Origin: Candidatus Eiseniibacteriota bacterium
GTDB lineage: Bacteria; Eisenbacteria; RBG-16-71-46; SZUA-252
Assembly: GCA_963703225.1 (NCBI GenBank)
Contig: OY969801.1
Span: forward strand, 3,040,001-3,104,000
Length of the DNA stretch: 64,000 nt
Reading direction: 5' to 3'
Below the pieces are notes generated by a model. That model saw only the letters and a list, made by a program, of their open reading frames with translations, was not told the DNA's origin and made no database searches. Shown in pieces: positions 19,396-29,501 of the stretch (positions are counted from its first letter, which is position 1; each line of letters opens with the position of its first letter). The position numbers were made by a program, and so were the translations under genes.

Positions 19396-20585
19396 GTGGC
19401 GACTCCAAAGAAACGCACCGCGGCCAAACGGGCCGGCGACAAGCGGGCCGCCGCCAAGCAAAGCGCCAAAGTGCCCGCCAAACGGGCCGGCGACAATGCC
19501 CTCGATGCCTGCGCCTGCATCGCCGATCTCGAGGCGATCGCCAAGCGCCTCCTCCCCCGCTCCCACTACGACTACTACGCCGGCGGCGCCGAGGACGAGC
19601 TGACGCTCGACGCCAACCTCGAGGCGTTCAAGAAGGTCTTCATCCGGCCGCGGGCTCTGGTCGACGTGAGCCGGATCGACACCGGCACCACCGCGCTCGG
19701 GACGCCGATCTCGATGCCGATCATGGTGGCGCCGACGGCCTATCAGAAAATGGCGCACAAGGACGGCGAGCTGGCGACGGCTCGGGCGGCCGGCAAGTCG
19801 AAAACGATCATGGTCGCGAGCACCATCGCGACCTACGACCTCGAGTCGATCGCCAAGGCGGCCAGCGGGCCGCTCTGGTTTCAGCTCTACGTCCAGCCGG
19901 AGCGAAATCTTTCGCGGGAGCTGGCCCAGCGGGCCGAAGCCGCGGGCTATCGAGCGCTTTGCCTCACGGTGGACACGCCCCAGCTGGGACGGCGCGAGCG
20001 GGACGTGCGGAACGCCTTCACCCTCCCTCCCGGCGTGCGGATGATGAATTTCGAGGGTGGCCGGCGCGAAATGCCCCGTCGGGCGCCGCCCGGGACCTCG
20101 GCCATGGCCTCCTATTCCGCGGCGCTCCTCGATCCGACGCTCACGTGGGACGCGATCGCGTGGTTGAAGAGCGAGACCAAGCTCCCCATCGTGGTGAAGG
20201 GGATCATCTCGGGAGAGGACGCGGCGCTGGCGGTGGAATCGGGCGCTTCCGCGGTCCTCGTCTCGAACCACGGCGGACGTCAGCTGGACGCCTGCGAGCC
20301 GACGTTCGCCGCCCTTCCCCATGTCGTCGACGCGGTGGCCGGCCGAATCGAGGTCTATCTCGACGGCGGGGTCCGCCGCGGGACCGATGTCCTGAAGGCC
20401 GTGGCGCTCGGCGCGCGCGCCGTGCTCGTCGGCCGTCCAGTCATCTGGGGCCTGGCGGCGGGCGGAGAGGCGGGCGCGCACCGCGCGCTCGAAATGCTCC
20501 GCGAGGAGTTCGACGCTGGCGATGAAACTCTCCGGCTGCCCCTCGGTGGGCCGCGCTGAGACCGGGATTCATCGCGACGCCGTAA
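19396..20585 (+). CDS. FMN-dependent alpha-hydroxy acid oxidase (two +1 frameshifts near the 3' end)
   Basis: YDYYAGGA, WFQLY, VSNHGGRQLD, DGGVRRGTD; C-terminus restored as LAMKLSGCPSVAALRPGFIATP by removing two bases. Confidence 0.9.
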
Positions 20586-20625
20586 CGTCACTTGACTCTT
20601 CCCGCCACGGGTTGACAATCTATCG

Positions 20626-21066
20626 ATGCGCTCCGAGATCTCGATCTGGATTGACGCCTCGCCGGACGCCGTCTTCCCCCTCGTCGCGGACCTCCCCCGC
20701 TGGCCCGAGCGGCTCCCGCACTACCGATATGTGCGCGTGCTGCGCCGGGTGGATTCCGAAACGCTCGCCGCGATGAGCGCCCGACGGGGCCTCATCCCGG
20801 TCTTCTGGCACGCGGTGCAGACGCCCGACCCCCAGTCGCGCCGGATTTCGTTCCGCCATGTGCGCGGGGTCACACGGGGGATGGAGGTGCTCTGGACCCT
20901 GGAGCCCGAGCGCGGCGGAACGCGCGCCAGAATCCTCCACGAGCTCGACCTGCGCTGGCCCTGGATCGGGCCCTGGATCGCCGAGCACGTGATCGCCCGC
21001 GGCTTCATTCAGCCGATCGCAAGCCTCACCCTCGCGCGCTTCAAGGCGATCGCGGAGGCGGCATGA
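20626..21066 (+). CDS. SRPBCC / polyketide cyclase-dehydrase family protein
   Basis: VADLPRWPERLPHY, FRHVRGVTRGMEVLW. Confidence 0.85.
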   Translation: MRSEISIWIDASPDAVFPLVADLPRWPERLPHYRYVRVLRRVDSETLAAMSARRGLIPVFWHAVQTPDPQSRRISFRHVRGVTRGMEVLWTLEPERGGTRARILHELDLRWPWIGPWIAEHVIARGFIQPIASLTLARFKAIAEAA

Positions 21067-22328
21067 TCGCTCCCATCAAGCGGCACCGTGTCGCCGTCAC
21101 CGGCCTCGGCCTCATCACCCCGATCGGAACCGGCAAGGACGCGTTCTGGGAGGGCGTGCGCGCCGGACGGCGCGGCGTGGGCCCGGTCACCCGCTTCGAC
21201 GCCTCGCAGCTTCGCACCCGCATCGCGGGCGAGGTGGGCGATTTCGATCCCGCCGACCACTTCCCGCCGCGTCGCCGCTCTCGATTCGATCGGTTCGCCC
21301 AGTTTTCGATCGTCGCGGCCCGCCTCGCGCTGGAGAACTCGGGGCTTTCCATCGGCCCGGGCCCCGGAGCGGTCTCGGGCGAGCGGCTCGGCGTCGCGAT
21401 CGGCTCGGCCCTGGGCGGCGTTTCGGGCGCGGAGGAGGATCACGCCGCGTTCCTCCGCTCCGGCCAGCGTGCCATCCCCGCGAGCCTCGCGCTCCGCGTC
21501 TTCGCCGGGGCCGGCGCGTGCAACGTCGCCATCGAGTGCGGCGCGCGCGGCCCCGTGATCGGGAACTCCAATTCCTGCGCGTCGGGCGCGATCGCGATCG
21601 GCGAAGCGCTCCGAGCGATTCGCGACGATATCGCGACCGTGGTGATCGCCGGCGGCGTGGAAGCCCCGCTCGCACCGCTCACCTTCACCGCGTTCGCGGT
21701 GATCCGCGCGATGTCGACCGCGAACGAGGATCCCGCGGCAGCCTCCCGCCCCTTCGACGCCCGGAGGGACGGCTTCGTGATGGCGGAAGGGGCCGCCATC
21801 CTGATCCTCGAAGAGATGGGGCACGCGGTCGCGCGCGGCGCGCGGATCTACGCGGAGATCGCGGGGTTCGCGACGACAAACGATGCCCACCATATGACCG
21901 CACCCCACCCCGAGGGACGGGATGCCGCGCGGGCGATGCGATTGGCGCTGCAAGACGCCTCGCTCGCCACGTCCGAGATCGAGCTGGTGAACGCGCACGG
22001 ATCCTCGACCCCGCTCAACGACCGGATCGAGACGCGCGCGATCAAAGACGTGTTTGGTGAGCGGGCGCGGCGGATCCCCGTGAGCGGCACCAAGGGGATG
22101 CACGCGCACGCGCTGGGCGCTTCGGGCGCGATGGAGGCCGCGATCGCCGCGCTCTCGATCGCGGAGGGATTCGTGCCTTCGACCGCGAACCTGACGCAGC
22201 CCGACCCCGACTGTGACCTGGATTACGTCCCGGGAGCCGGCCGCACCGAGAGCGTGCGGACCGTGCTCTCCAACTCATTCGGATTTGGAGGGAGCAACGC
22301 GTGTCTCGTCCTGCGCTCGTTCGAGTAG
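21063..22328 (+). CDS. fabF: beta-ketoacyl-ACP synthase II family protein
   Basis: VAVTGLG, NSCASG (Cys), NAHGSST and HALGA (His/His), SNSFGFGG. Confidence 0.9.
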   Translation: MIAPIKRHRVAVTGLGLITPIGTGKDAFWEGVRAGRRGVGPVTRFDASQLRTRIAGEVGDFDPADHFPPRRRSRFDRFAQFSIVAARLALENSGLSIGPGPGAVSGERLGVAIGSALGGVSGAEEDHAAFLRSGQRAIPASLALRVFAGAGACNVAIECGARGPVIGNSNSCASGAIAIGEALRAIRDDIATVVIAGGVEAPLAPLTFTAFAVIRAMSTANEDPAAASRPFDARRDGFVMAEGAAILILEEMGHAVARGARIYAEIAGFATTNDAHHMTAPHPEGRDAARAMRLALQDASLATSEIELVNAHGSSTPLNDRIETRAIKDVFGERARRIPVSGTKGMHAHALGASGAMEAAIAALSIAEGFVPSTANLTQPDPDCDLDYVPGAGRTESVRTVLSNSFGFGGSNACLVLRSFE

Positions 22329-22729
22329 CGACGGCCTGTGCCGTCTTCGTTCTGGCCGCGGCCCTGGGCTGCGGGACGTCGGGCTCCAAGATCCCGGTGA
22401 CCGAGATGACCGCCAAGACCGACGCCTCGGGCGTGCAGCGAGTCCAGGTGGAGGTCCACTCGTTCTACTTCAAGCCTAGCCGGATCGTGGTTCAGGCCGG
22501 CGTGCCCGTCGACATGACCCTCAAGTTCAAAAACTTCTTCACGCCGCACAATCTCACCTGCACGGACGCGGAGGCGGGGATTCAGATCGACAAGAGCGCG
22601 GGATTCATGAGCTTCAATCGGACGAAGGAAGTGAAATTCACGCCGAAGAAGCCGGGGGAATATCCGTTCTACTGCGGCGTCGACTCCCACATGAAGAAGG
22701 GGATGACCGGGACGCTCGTGGTGCGGTAG
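22301..22729 (+). CDS. cupredoxin-domain lipoprotein
   Basis: Lipobox ALGC; PHN, GEYPFYC...HMKKGM copper ligands. Confidence 0.88.
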   Translation: MSRPALVRVATACAVFVLAAALGCGTSGSKIPVTEMTAKTDASGVQRVQVEVHSFYFKPSRIVVQAGVPVDMTLKFKNFFTPHNLTCTDAEAGIQIDKSAGFMSFNRTKEVKFTPKKPGEYPFYCGVDSHMKKGMTGTLVVR

Positions 22730-22776
22730 ACGGCGCGCCCCAGCTCACGCACCGGGCCGCGCGCCGCGCCGACCCG

Positions 22777-23832
22777 CTACTTCTTGGCCGTGCTCTTGGA
22801 AGGCGCCTTCTTGGGCGAAGGCCCCGTGAGCGACAGGTTGGTCGCGACCCAGAGATCTTCATCCCTCCCGTTGAGCCGCGAGTAGTAGATCGACTGGCCG
22901 TCATACGACCAAGTCGGCTTCATGCAGTTCCCATCCGACGTGAGCGGGAACGACTTGCGGGTCGCCGTGTCCATGATCCAGATGTTCTGCTTCCCGCCCG
23001 TGTTCCGTCCAAACGCGATCCACTTTCCGTCGGGCGACCAGGACGGCCAGGTGTCTTCCGATCCTTCCTCCGCCGCGCTGATCCCGGTGAGCCGGGTCTC
23101 GCGGCCGCCCTCCGCGGCGATCTTGAAGACACGAAACGGCGAGAAGAGGGCGGACTGTTTGGTCTGCATGCCGCTGCCGATGCTCACCGTCCTCGTGGTG
23201 TCGAAATCCTTGGAGACGTAGGCGATCCATTTCCCATCCATCGACCAGATGGGATGGCCCGGGCTCCCCTCGCTAAACGTGAGTCGGTGCGCCGGTGGGC
23301 CTTCGATCTCCCCTTTGGCATCCATCACGTACAGATTGAATCCATAGAGGGACGTCGGCTGCAGGCGGCTCGAGGGAAAACAGATCTTGGCGCCGTCGGG
23401 CGAGTAGACCGCGAATCGCTGGCTTCCCACCGCGTTGGAGAGCGGCTTCGCCTTCCCCCCTTCGACCGGAATCGAGTAGATGTTGTAGGGACCGGTGCGG
23501 GTCGAGATATAGAGGAGCGATTTGCCGTCCGGTGCCCAGGCCGGCGTCATGACGCGGGTGGCCATCCGCGCGGCGCCCTCCGCCTTCGAGGAATCGGGCT
23601 CCGAGGTCACCTTGTGCGGCGCGCCGCCCGCCGTGGGCCAGAGCCAGATCTGGTTCGTCTTGTCGCGGTTGCTCTGAAACGCGAGCCACTGGCCGTCGGG
23701 CGACGGCGCGGGATCGGTGTCGCGAAACGCCGTGTCGGCCAGCACAGGGCGAAACGTGGTGGCAAATCCGGGCGCGGCCCAGGTCAGGGCCAGCGCGAAT
23801 AGGAAGAGCGTCGTCAACCGGCGTTGGGTCAT
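22777..23832 (-). CDS. TolB-like PD40 beta-propeller secreted protein
   Basis: Repeated PxWSPDG units; signal peptide. Confidence 0.88.
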   Translation of the reverse strand: MTQRRLTTLFLFALALTWAAPGFATTFRPVLADTAFRDTDPAPSPDGQWLAFQSNRDKTNQIWLWPTAGGAPHKVTSEPDSSKAEGAARMATRVMTPAWAPDGKSLLYISTRTGPYNIYSIPVEGGKAKPLSNAVGSQRFAVYSPDGAKICFPSSRLQPTSLYGFNLYVMDAKGEIEGPPAHRLTFSEGSPGHPIWSMDGKWIAYVSKDFDTTRTVSIGSGMQTKQSALFSPFRVFKIAAEGGRETRLTGISAAEEGSEDTWPSWSPDGKWIAFGRNTGGKQNIWIMDTATRKSFPLTSDGNCMKPTWSYDGQSIYYSRLNGRDEDLWVATNLSLTGPSPKKAPSKSTAKK

Positions 23833-23875
23833 GTGGTCCTCATTGGTACCCAGCCGCGCAGGATGGGTTCCCGGG

Positions 23876-24469
23876 TCAGGGGCGCGGCGTAAATCCTTCG
23901 CCCACCGTCAGTACCTCGTACGATGCGACACTCAGCGCGTGGCGCCTGATCTGGCTCCACGGCCGGTCGAGAATGTAACACTTGAGCAGGGCGAGCACGA
24001 TCTGGTGCGACACCACCGCCACCAAACCCTCGCCCTCGCGATGGCGCCCCAAGATCTCCCGCATCGCGGCCACCGCGCGATCGTGAACCGCTTGGAGCGG
24101 CTCCGCGCCCGGCAGCGTGTGCGCGCTGGGATCGTCGCGCCAGCGCCGGTAGAGATCGGGATCGGGAAGATCGGTTTCGGCGAGCCCCTCCCACTCTCCG
24201 TGATGGATCTCGTTCAACCTCGGCTCCGCCACGACGCCCAGCGAGTGCGGGCCTGCCACGTAGGAGGCCGTCTCGATGGCGCGCGGCAGCGCGCTCGAGT
24301 AGACCGCCTGGAGCGGCACCTCCCAGAGCAGCCGCGCGAGCCCTTTCGCCTGCTCGCGCCCCGCGTCGTTGATCGACGCGCCCTGGCTCCCTTGGACCCG
24401 CTTCTCGCGATTCCAGTCCGTTTCGCCGTGACGGACGAACACGACGTCCCGTCCCGGGACCATGATCAT
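23876..24469 (-). CDS. histidine phosphatase (phosphoglycerate mutase family)
   Basis: VRHGETDWN, SSALPRAIETA, GEWEG, VSH. Confidence 0.92.
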   Translation of the reverse strand: MIMVPGRDVVFVRHGETDWNREKRVQGSQGASINDAGREQAKGLARLLWEVPLQAVYSSALPRAIETASYVAGPHSLGVVAEPRLNEIHHGEWEGLAETDLPDPDLYRRWRDDPSAHTLPGAEPLQAVHDRAVAAMREILGRHREGEGLVAVVSHQIVLALLKCYILDRPWSQIRRHALSVASYEVLTVGEGFTPRP

Positions 24470-25584
24470 CCCTTCGACCCGAGGCGTCCCTCGCGCGCGA
24501 GAATCTCGGCGTTCAAGATGGCCGCGCCGGCGGCGCCGCGGATCGTGTTGTGGCCGAGCGCTTCAAATTTCCAGTCGAGGACCGAGCACTTGCGGAGCCG
24601 GCCCACCGAGACGGCCATTCCGCCGGCCCGATCGGCGTCGAGCCGAGGCTGGGGCCGATCCTCCTCGGTACAAACCACGATCGGCTCGGCCGGCGCGCTC
24701 GGGAGATCGAGTTTGCGCAAAGGGCGGAACGACTGCCATGCGGCCATTATCTCCTTCTGTGTGGCGCGGCGCCCCAGCTTGACCGAGTGGGCCACCTGGT
24801 GGCCGTCGATCACCGGGACGCGGTGGCAAAGCGCGCTGATCGGGAAATCGGCCGCGGCAATTCCCTTGGGCCCCATGCGGCCGAGAATCTTGAGCGTCTC
24901 GGTTTCAACCTTCGGCTCCTCGCCGCCCGGCACGAATGGAATCACGTTGCCGAGGATGTCGAGCGACGGGACCCCCGGGTAGCCGGCCCCGCTCACCGCC
25001 TGGAACGTGGTCGTGATCGCGGCCGTGATCCCAAACGCGCGAAGGAGCGGTGCGAGCGCCATCGCGATCACGATCGCGGAGCAGTTGGGATTGGTGACGA
25101 GCCCGCCGCCTCGATAGGGCTGCCGTTCCAAGAGCTCGAGGTGATCGCGGTTCACTTCCGGAATCACGAGCGGAACGAGCGGATCCATCCGATGGTTCCG
25201 CGCGTTGGACGAGACGAAATGCCCGGCGCGCGCGTAGCGATCTTCCAACTCACCCGCCACCGACGCGTCCAACGCCGAGAAGAGGAGCCGCGAGTGAAGC
25301 GGCGTCGCGGGGCCCTTGACGCGCAGCGCCGCGACCGCGCCGGGGATCAAGGTCGAGAGCTTCCACCGGGCCCCGACGGCCTCGCCGTAAGGGCGGCCCG
25401 CGCTCTGGTCCGAGGCCATGACCTCGGCGACCTCGAACCAGGGGTGCCGCTCCAGAAGCTGGATGAAGCGCTGCCCCACCGTTCCGGTCGCGCCGAGGAC
25501 GGCTACCGGAAGTCTCCGGGGCGCCGAACCGGTCGATCTCGAACGCTTCGAAGTCGTTGTGGTGGCTCGGTTTCTTGACACCAT
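24466..25584 (-). CDS. asd: aspartate-semialdehyde dehydrogenase
   Basis: LGATGTVGQ, TNPNCS, QAVSGAGYPG, GHNTIRGAAG. Confidence 0.96.
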   Translation of the reverse strand: MVSRNRATTTTSKRSRSTGSAPRRLPVAVLGATGTVGQRFIQLLERHPWFEVAEVMASDQSAGRPYGEAVGARWKLSTLIPGAVAALRVKGPATPLHSRLLFSALDASVAGELEDRYARAGHFVSSNARNHRMDPLVPLVIPEVNRDHLELLERQPYRGGGLVTNPNCSAIVIAMALAPLLRAFGITAAITTTFQAVSGAGYPGVPSLDILGNVIPFVPGGEEPKVETETLKILGRMGPKGIAAADFPISALCHRVPVIDGHQVAHSVKLGRRATQKEIMAAWQSFRPLRKLDLPSAPAEPIVVCTEEDRPQPRLDADRAGGMAVSVGRLRKCSVLDWKFEALGHNTIRGAAGAAILNAEILAREGRLGSKG

Positions 25585-25593
25585 AGGGGGCGG

Positions 25594-28578
25594 ATGATAC
25601 GGTTCCAGGCGGATATCTCGCAACGCCAAACCCCACCCCCTCGGGCCCACTACTTGTTATCTCGAGCCGTTGCCTTCGGCCTGATCGCGTCTTTGGGAGC
25701 CGGGGTTGCCGTGTCCCCGGCCCATTCGGCGCCCCGGAAGTCCGCTCCAACGCGTGAAGCCCCATGGGCCAGGGTCGCTGGGCAGGAGGCAACGCCATCG
25801 CGTGGCGCCGCCACACCGCCTGCCGCCGGCGTGAAGACCCAGCCCGCGGTCGCGCCCAAGGTCCCGCCGCGATGGCCCGGCAGCCCAGCCGTCCGACCGC
25901 CGGTCCGGATCATCGGCGCGGGGGTCGTGCGGCGGGCGCCGGGCGCCGAGACGAGTTTTCCCCAAGTGCTCGACTCCTACCCTCGGGATGGCGCGACGCG
26001 GATCTTACCGGGCGCGCTCCTCTACTACGTCTTCGATCAGCCCACGTTGAAGAGCGGAAGCTTCTCGGTCGCGGACCTCGATTCCGCGGGACTCCCGCTC
26101 CTCAACCTGGACACCCCGATCTGGTCCGCCCTGGGCGACACGGTGTACATCAAGCCGAGCGCCCCCATGGAGCGCGGCCACCTGCACGGCATGCTGGTGA
26201 ATACGATCTTCGCGACCGACAGCACCGCTTCGAGCGACGTCGGCGGCATCCGCAATTTCCGGATCATCTCCTGGCCCAAGCTGGAGCGCGTCCCCAGTGA
26301 CGCGGCGTTCTCCTCGGTCACGCTCGTCCCCGGGACTCCGATCCCCGTGACCACGAACGTCCGGGAGCTGAACGGCAACGGCGTCGCCTTCACCTCGGCC
26401 CGGATCGAGTTCTGGGATTCGCCGTCCATGACGCTCAACGGGGGCCCGGGGGCTTTGCCGCTCGCGACGGTCACGGTTCCCATCGCGCAGTCGGTCCCGC
26501 AATCCGGCTCGGCGCGGCTCACCCTCCCGGTGACGCTTCCCGTCTCGCTCGCGCGGTCCGCGGCGAGCGGACGGCTCGGGCTTCGGATCATTTACCAAGG
26601 GTTCGAAGAAACGGGGGCGCCGGTCACCTTCGAATCCAATTCCTCGCTCTCGCTCTCGGCGCCGTCCGACACGCTCCTCTCCATGTCGCCCGCGCTCGTG
26701 ACGCCGGCGATCGCCGCGAACATCGTCGTCCAGGCGGCCTACTTGGAGCTGCCGATCCCCGGCGCGGTTTACGCCGCGGGCGACACCGTGCTCGCGCGCG
26801 GAGTGGTGACCGGGATTGGGACGGGCGGCTTCCGCGCCGTCTTCTACCTCGACGGGAACGCCGTCGCGATGGAAGAGGGCTACATGGAGTCGGGCCGCCC
26901 GGTGGTGGTCGAGCCGCGCGGCCCGATCGTCTCCCGCCGCTTTGGCGAGCACCGCTTCCAGTTCGTCGTCGAGTCGCCCCAGAGCGTCGGGGCTCAGCCG
27001 GTCACGTTTCTCTGCGTGCCGCCGGCGAACGGCGTGATCATGCCCCCGAGCGAGGTGGTCGGCGCCGACAGCGTGGTGACCCCGCCCCCACCCTCGAAGC
27101 TCAAGCTCGACGGCACCTATCTCCTGGTCGGGAAGTCGGAGTACCGCGACGAGGAGGCCGCCGGGATCGCCTGGTCGGCGTGGAACGCGCGCTACGACGT
27201 CACGAAGACCGGGGCACTGGAGGCGAACGTCCTCTGGAGGCTCCGCGCCGACGACCCCGAGAACGGGAGCGCCTCGCCCGAGCAGGTGAAGGCGCGGTAC
27301 TCGATGACGAACGGCTCCGTCGAGTGGGGCGACGTGACACCCAGCATCGCCAAGGATGCGCCGCTCTTTGCCAGCTCGGTCCCCCGCCGAAGCGCGCAGG
27401 CCACGTGGTCGGGGACGCCCGCGGGCACCATCGAAGGCTTCATCGCGCTCGACTCGCACCCTCGCTCGTCGGCCGGGACGATCACGGCGATCCGCTCCGA
27501 CCTCTACGCCGGCCGCGTCTCGCGGAATTTCGCGGGCGAGCGATTCCTCGCGTCGCTCTACGGCGGCTACACGCACGACGATCCGACGCCGGGGAGCGTC
27601 GATTCGGTGGTCACCGCGAGCGCCACCTACGGCGGGATGGGCCGCGTGAGCTTCGCCAACGACTGGACGCTCCTCGGGGACGTGGCCACGGTCCGCCACC
27701 GCGCGATCGAGGGGGTCGACCCGGGCCGGTCGCGGACAGCCGTGCGGGGGGAGCTAAAGGGAGAGGTGGCCGGCTTCGGCGCCAAGGCCGAGGGGTTCCG
27801 CTACCAGCCCGACCTCGCCACCACGCTCAACCCCTACGCCATCTCCGACCGCCGCGGCATGGCCGCCGAGATTTCCCGCGACGTCACCCAGTGGCGCTTC
27901 TTCGCCGCCTATCGAACGGAGGAGCCCGCCGAGGCGGTGGGCCTGGCGCCGGTCATCCACGTCGACCGCTGGTCGTTTGGCGGCAAGCTGACGCTCAACC
28001 AGGCGAGCTTCGTGCTTCCGCAATTCACGAGGATCGAGCACCGGGGCGACAACACCGACTTCAGCATGTCCCGCGTCTCGGGCGACCTCGTGGTCGGCGA
28101 GGCGTTGGGAGGGCAGACGAGAGCCCGGATCGACTTAACCCGCTTCGACGACCCCAAGGGCGTCAACGCCAAGCGCTTCGTGGGCTCGGGCTCCGTGGTC
28201 ACGACCCGCAAGCACACCGAGGGGATCACGAGCACGATCTCCGCCGCGCTCGAGCACGACGAGTCGGAAGATTTGAACCTGACCGACCAGACGATCCAGG
28301 CGGCGCTCGAGATCCGGTGGGAGGCAATCCGGGGTAAGTTTCTGGTCATCCCGCTCCTCACCTATTACGACCGCGACATGGCCACCATCAACCTGGACCA
28401 GCGGCAGGCCACGGGCCGGCTTCAATTCGCGCTTCTTCGTATCCCCAAGCTCGGCGAGAACGCCCTCTCGATCGAGGGACGCATCGACAAATATCAAACC
28501 AGCGGGACCTCGGAGACCAAGAGCACCGAGGGTTCGGTCCAGATCTCGTTCGGCCAGCAGTTCCGCGTCGTGCAGTAG
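25594..28578 (+). CDS. large secreted protein: N-terminal Ig-like domains plus probable C-terminal outer-membrane beta-barrel
   Basis: 994-aa ORF, signal peptide (SPAHSA), PQVLDSYPRDGAT Ig-like start, amphipathic beta strands ending VQISFGQQF; start could be TTG 25654. Confidence 0.75.
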   Translation: MIRFQADISQRQTPPPRAHYLLSRAVAFGLIASLGAGVAVSPAHSAPRKSAPTREAPWARVAGQEATPSRGAATPPAAGVKTQPAVAPKVPPRWPGSPAVRPPVRIIGAGVVRRAPGAETSFPQVLDSYPRDGATRILPGALLYYVFDQPTLKSGSFSVADLDSAGLPLLNLDTPIWSALGDTVYIKPSAPMERGHLHGMLVNTIFATDSTASSDVGGIRNFRIISWPKLERVPSDAAFSSVTLVPGTPIPVTTNVRELNGNGVAFTSARIEFWDSPSMTLNGGPGALPLATVTVPIAQSVPQSGSARLTLPVTLPVSLARSAASGRLGLRIIYQGFEETGAPVTFESNSSLSLSAPSDTLLSMSPALVTPAIAANIVVQAAYLELPIPGAVYAAGDTVLARGVVTGIGTGGFRAVFYLDGNAVAMEEGYMESGRPVVVEPRGPIVSRRFGEHRFQFVVESPQSVGAQPVTFLCVPPANGVIMPPSEVVGADSVVTPPPPSKLKLDGTYLLVGKSEYRDEEAAGIAWSAWNARYDVTKTGALEANVLWRLRADDPENGSASPEQVKARYSMTNGSVEWGDVTPSIAKDAPLFASSVPRRSAQATWSGTPAGTIEGFIALDSHPRSSAGTITAIRSDLYAGRVSRNFAGERFLASLYGGYTHDDPTPGSVDSVVTASATYGGMGRVSFANDWTLLGDVATVRHRAIEGVDPGRSRTAVRGELKGEVAGFGAKAEGFRYQPDLATTLNPYAISDRRGMAAEISRDVTQWRFFAAYRTEEPAEAVGLAPVIHVDRWSFGGKLTLNQASFVLPQFTRIEHRGDNTDFSMSRVSGDLVVGEALGGQTRARIDLTRFDDPKGVNAKRFVGSGSVVTTRKHTEGITSTISAALEHDESEDLNLTDQTIQAALEIRWEAIRGKFLVIPLLTYYDRDMATINLDQRQATGRLQFALLRIPKLGENALSIEGRIDKYQTSGTSETKSTEGSVQISFGQQFRVVQ

Positions 28579-28580
28579 CA

Positions 28581-28598
28581 GCGTCGAAACTTCGACGC
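28581..28598 (+). terminator. hairpin after the large OMP gene
   Basis: GCGTCGAA-AC-TTCGACGC inverted repeat just after the stop; pyrimidine-rich but weak U tail. Confidence 0.45.
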
Positions 28599-28704
28599 CC
28601 TTCCCTCCCTTCTCTCCACGATCGAAGTTCCCGCGGCGGCTCGCAAACGAAACGGCGACAAGCGCTCGTCCCCACGCTGAATCAAATCGCGCGCGCGCTT
28701 TAGC

Positions 28705-28720
28705 TGGAACACCTCATGCA
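28705..28720 (+). promoter_or_regulatory. candidate sigma-54 promoter
   Basis: TGGAACA-CCTC-ATGCA, GG-N10-GC spacing. Confidence 0.4.
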
Positions 28721-28796
28721 AGCGCGTCGATCGCCCTTACTCCTCGGCGCCCACGGAGCGCGGTTTTGGCCGCGCCAATTCAGGGAGGGTGCCGTC

Positions 28797-29501
28797 ATGA
28801 ATCAAGTCCGCTGTTTCGCCATCGTCCTGCCGATCGCCTTCGCGGCTCTTGGGTGCGCGCGTGAGGAGTCGACTCGGATCGTCGATCCTCCGCCTGAGTC
28901 GCGGATCGAGGTCGCCGAAGCCCACTGGGTGACCGACAGGGACGCGCTCGCGGGCGCGGTCCAAAAGGCCGCGGCGAGCCCGCTGGTCCGGCGTGCACTC
29001 ATCGGTGGGCCCAATCCGCGGCTCACGCCGCTCCATCAGCTCGCCGTGCGCGCGGTGGGGGTCCTGCGCGACGGCGCGACGGTCGGCGTCACCATCCTTC
29101 CTTATATGGTCGACGGCGACTCCAGCCACGCGACCTTCATCTCCCTGATCGACGGCGGCGCGGTTCAGATCGCGGACGTCGGCGACCTCATCGCCGGACG
29201 CGAGCCGACCGCGCTGGAGACCGGGTTCATCCCCGTCAACCTCGGCGGCCGGATCGGCTGGGTCAAAGGAGTCACCTCCTACAGCGCGGCTTTGGACGGG
29301 ACGCCCCGGCTCTCGCCGGAGCGGCTCAAGTGGACGAAATTTGTCGAATGCCTGTTGGGCGGGGCGGCCGCCGCGTGCGAGAGCGGGGCGGACATCGCGG
29401 ACACGATCGCCCCAGGAGTCCCGCGAGCCCGGGCGATCGGGTGCGGGGTCGGCGTCGCCGCCCTCGCGGTCGGCTGCGCCGCGCAGCACCTACGCCCGTG
29501 A
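28797..29501 (+). CDS. lipoprotein with C-terminal Gly/Ala/Cys-rich bacteriocin-like domain
   Basis: SD AGGGAGGG, lipobox ALGC; C-terminal WTKFVECLLGGAAAAC...GCGVGVAALAVGC. Confidence 0.7.
   Translation: MNQVRCFAIVLPIAFAALGCAREESTRIVDPPPESRIEVAEAHWVTDRDALAGAVQKAAASPLVRRALIGGPNPRLTPLHQLAVRAVGVLRDGATVGVTILPYMVDGDSSHATFISLIDGGAVQIADVGDLIAGREPTALETGFIPVNLGGRIGWVKGVTSYSAALDGTPRLSPERLKWTKFVECLLGGAAAACESGADIADTIAPGVPRARAIGCGVGVAALAVGCAAQHLRP

Noticed and set aside
26005..27699. Long antisense or alternate-frame ORFs (also 59951..61771, 32512..34242, 49891..51471, 7236..8654, 23717..24982)
   Set aside because: Shadows of real genes in high-GC DNA; Arg/Gly/Pro-rich with no recognisable motifs
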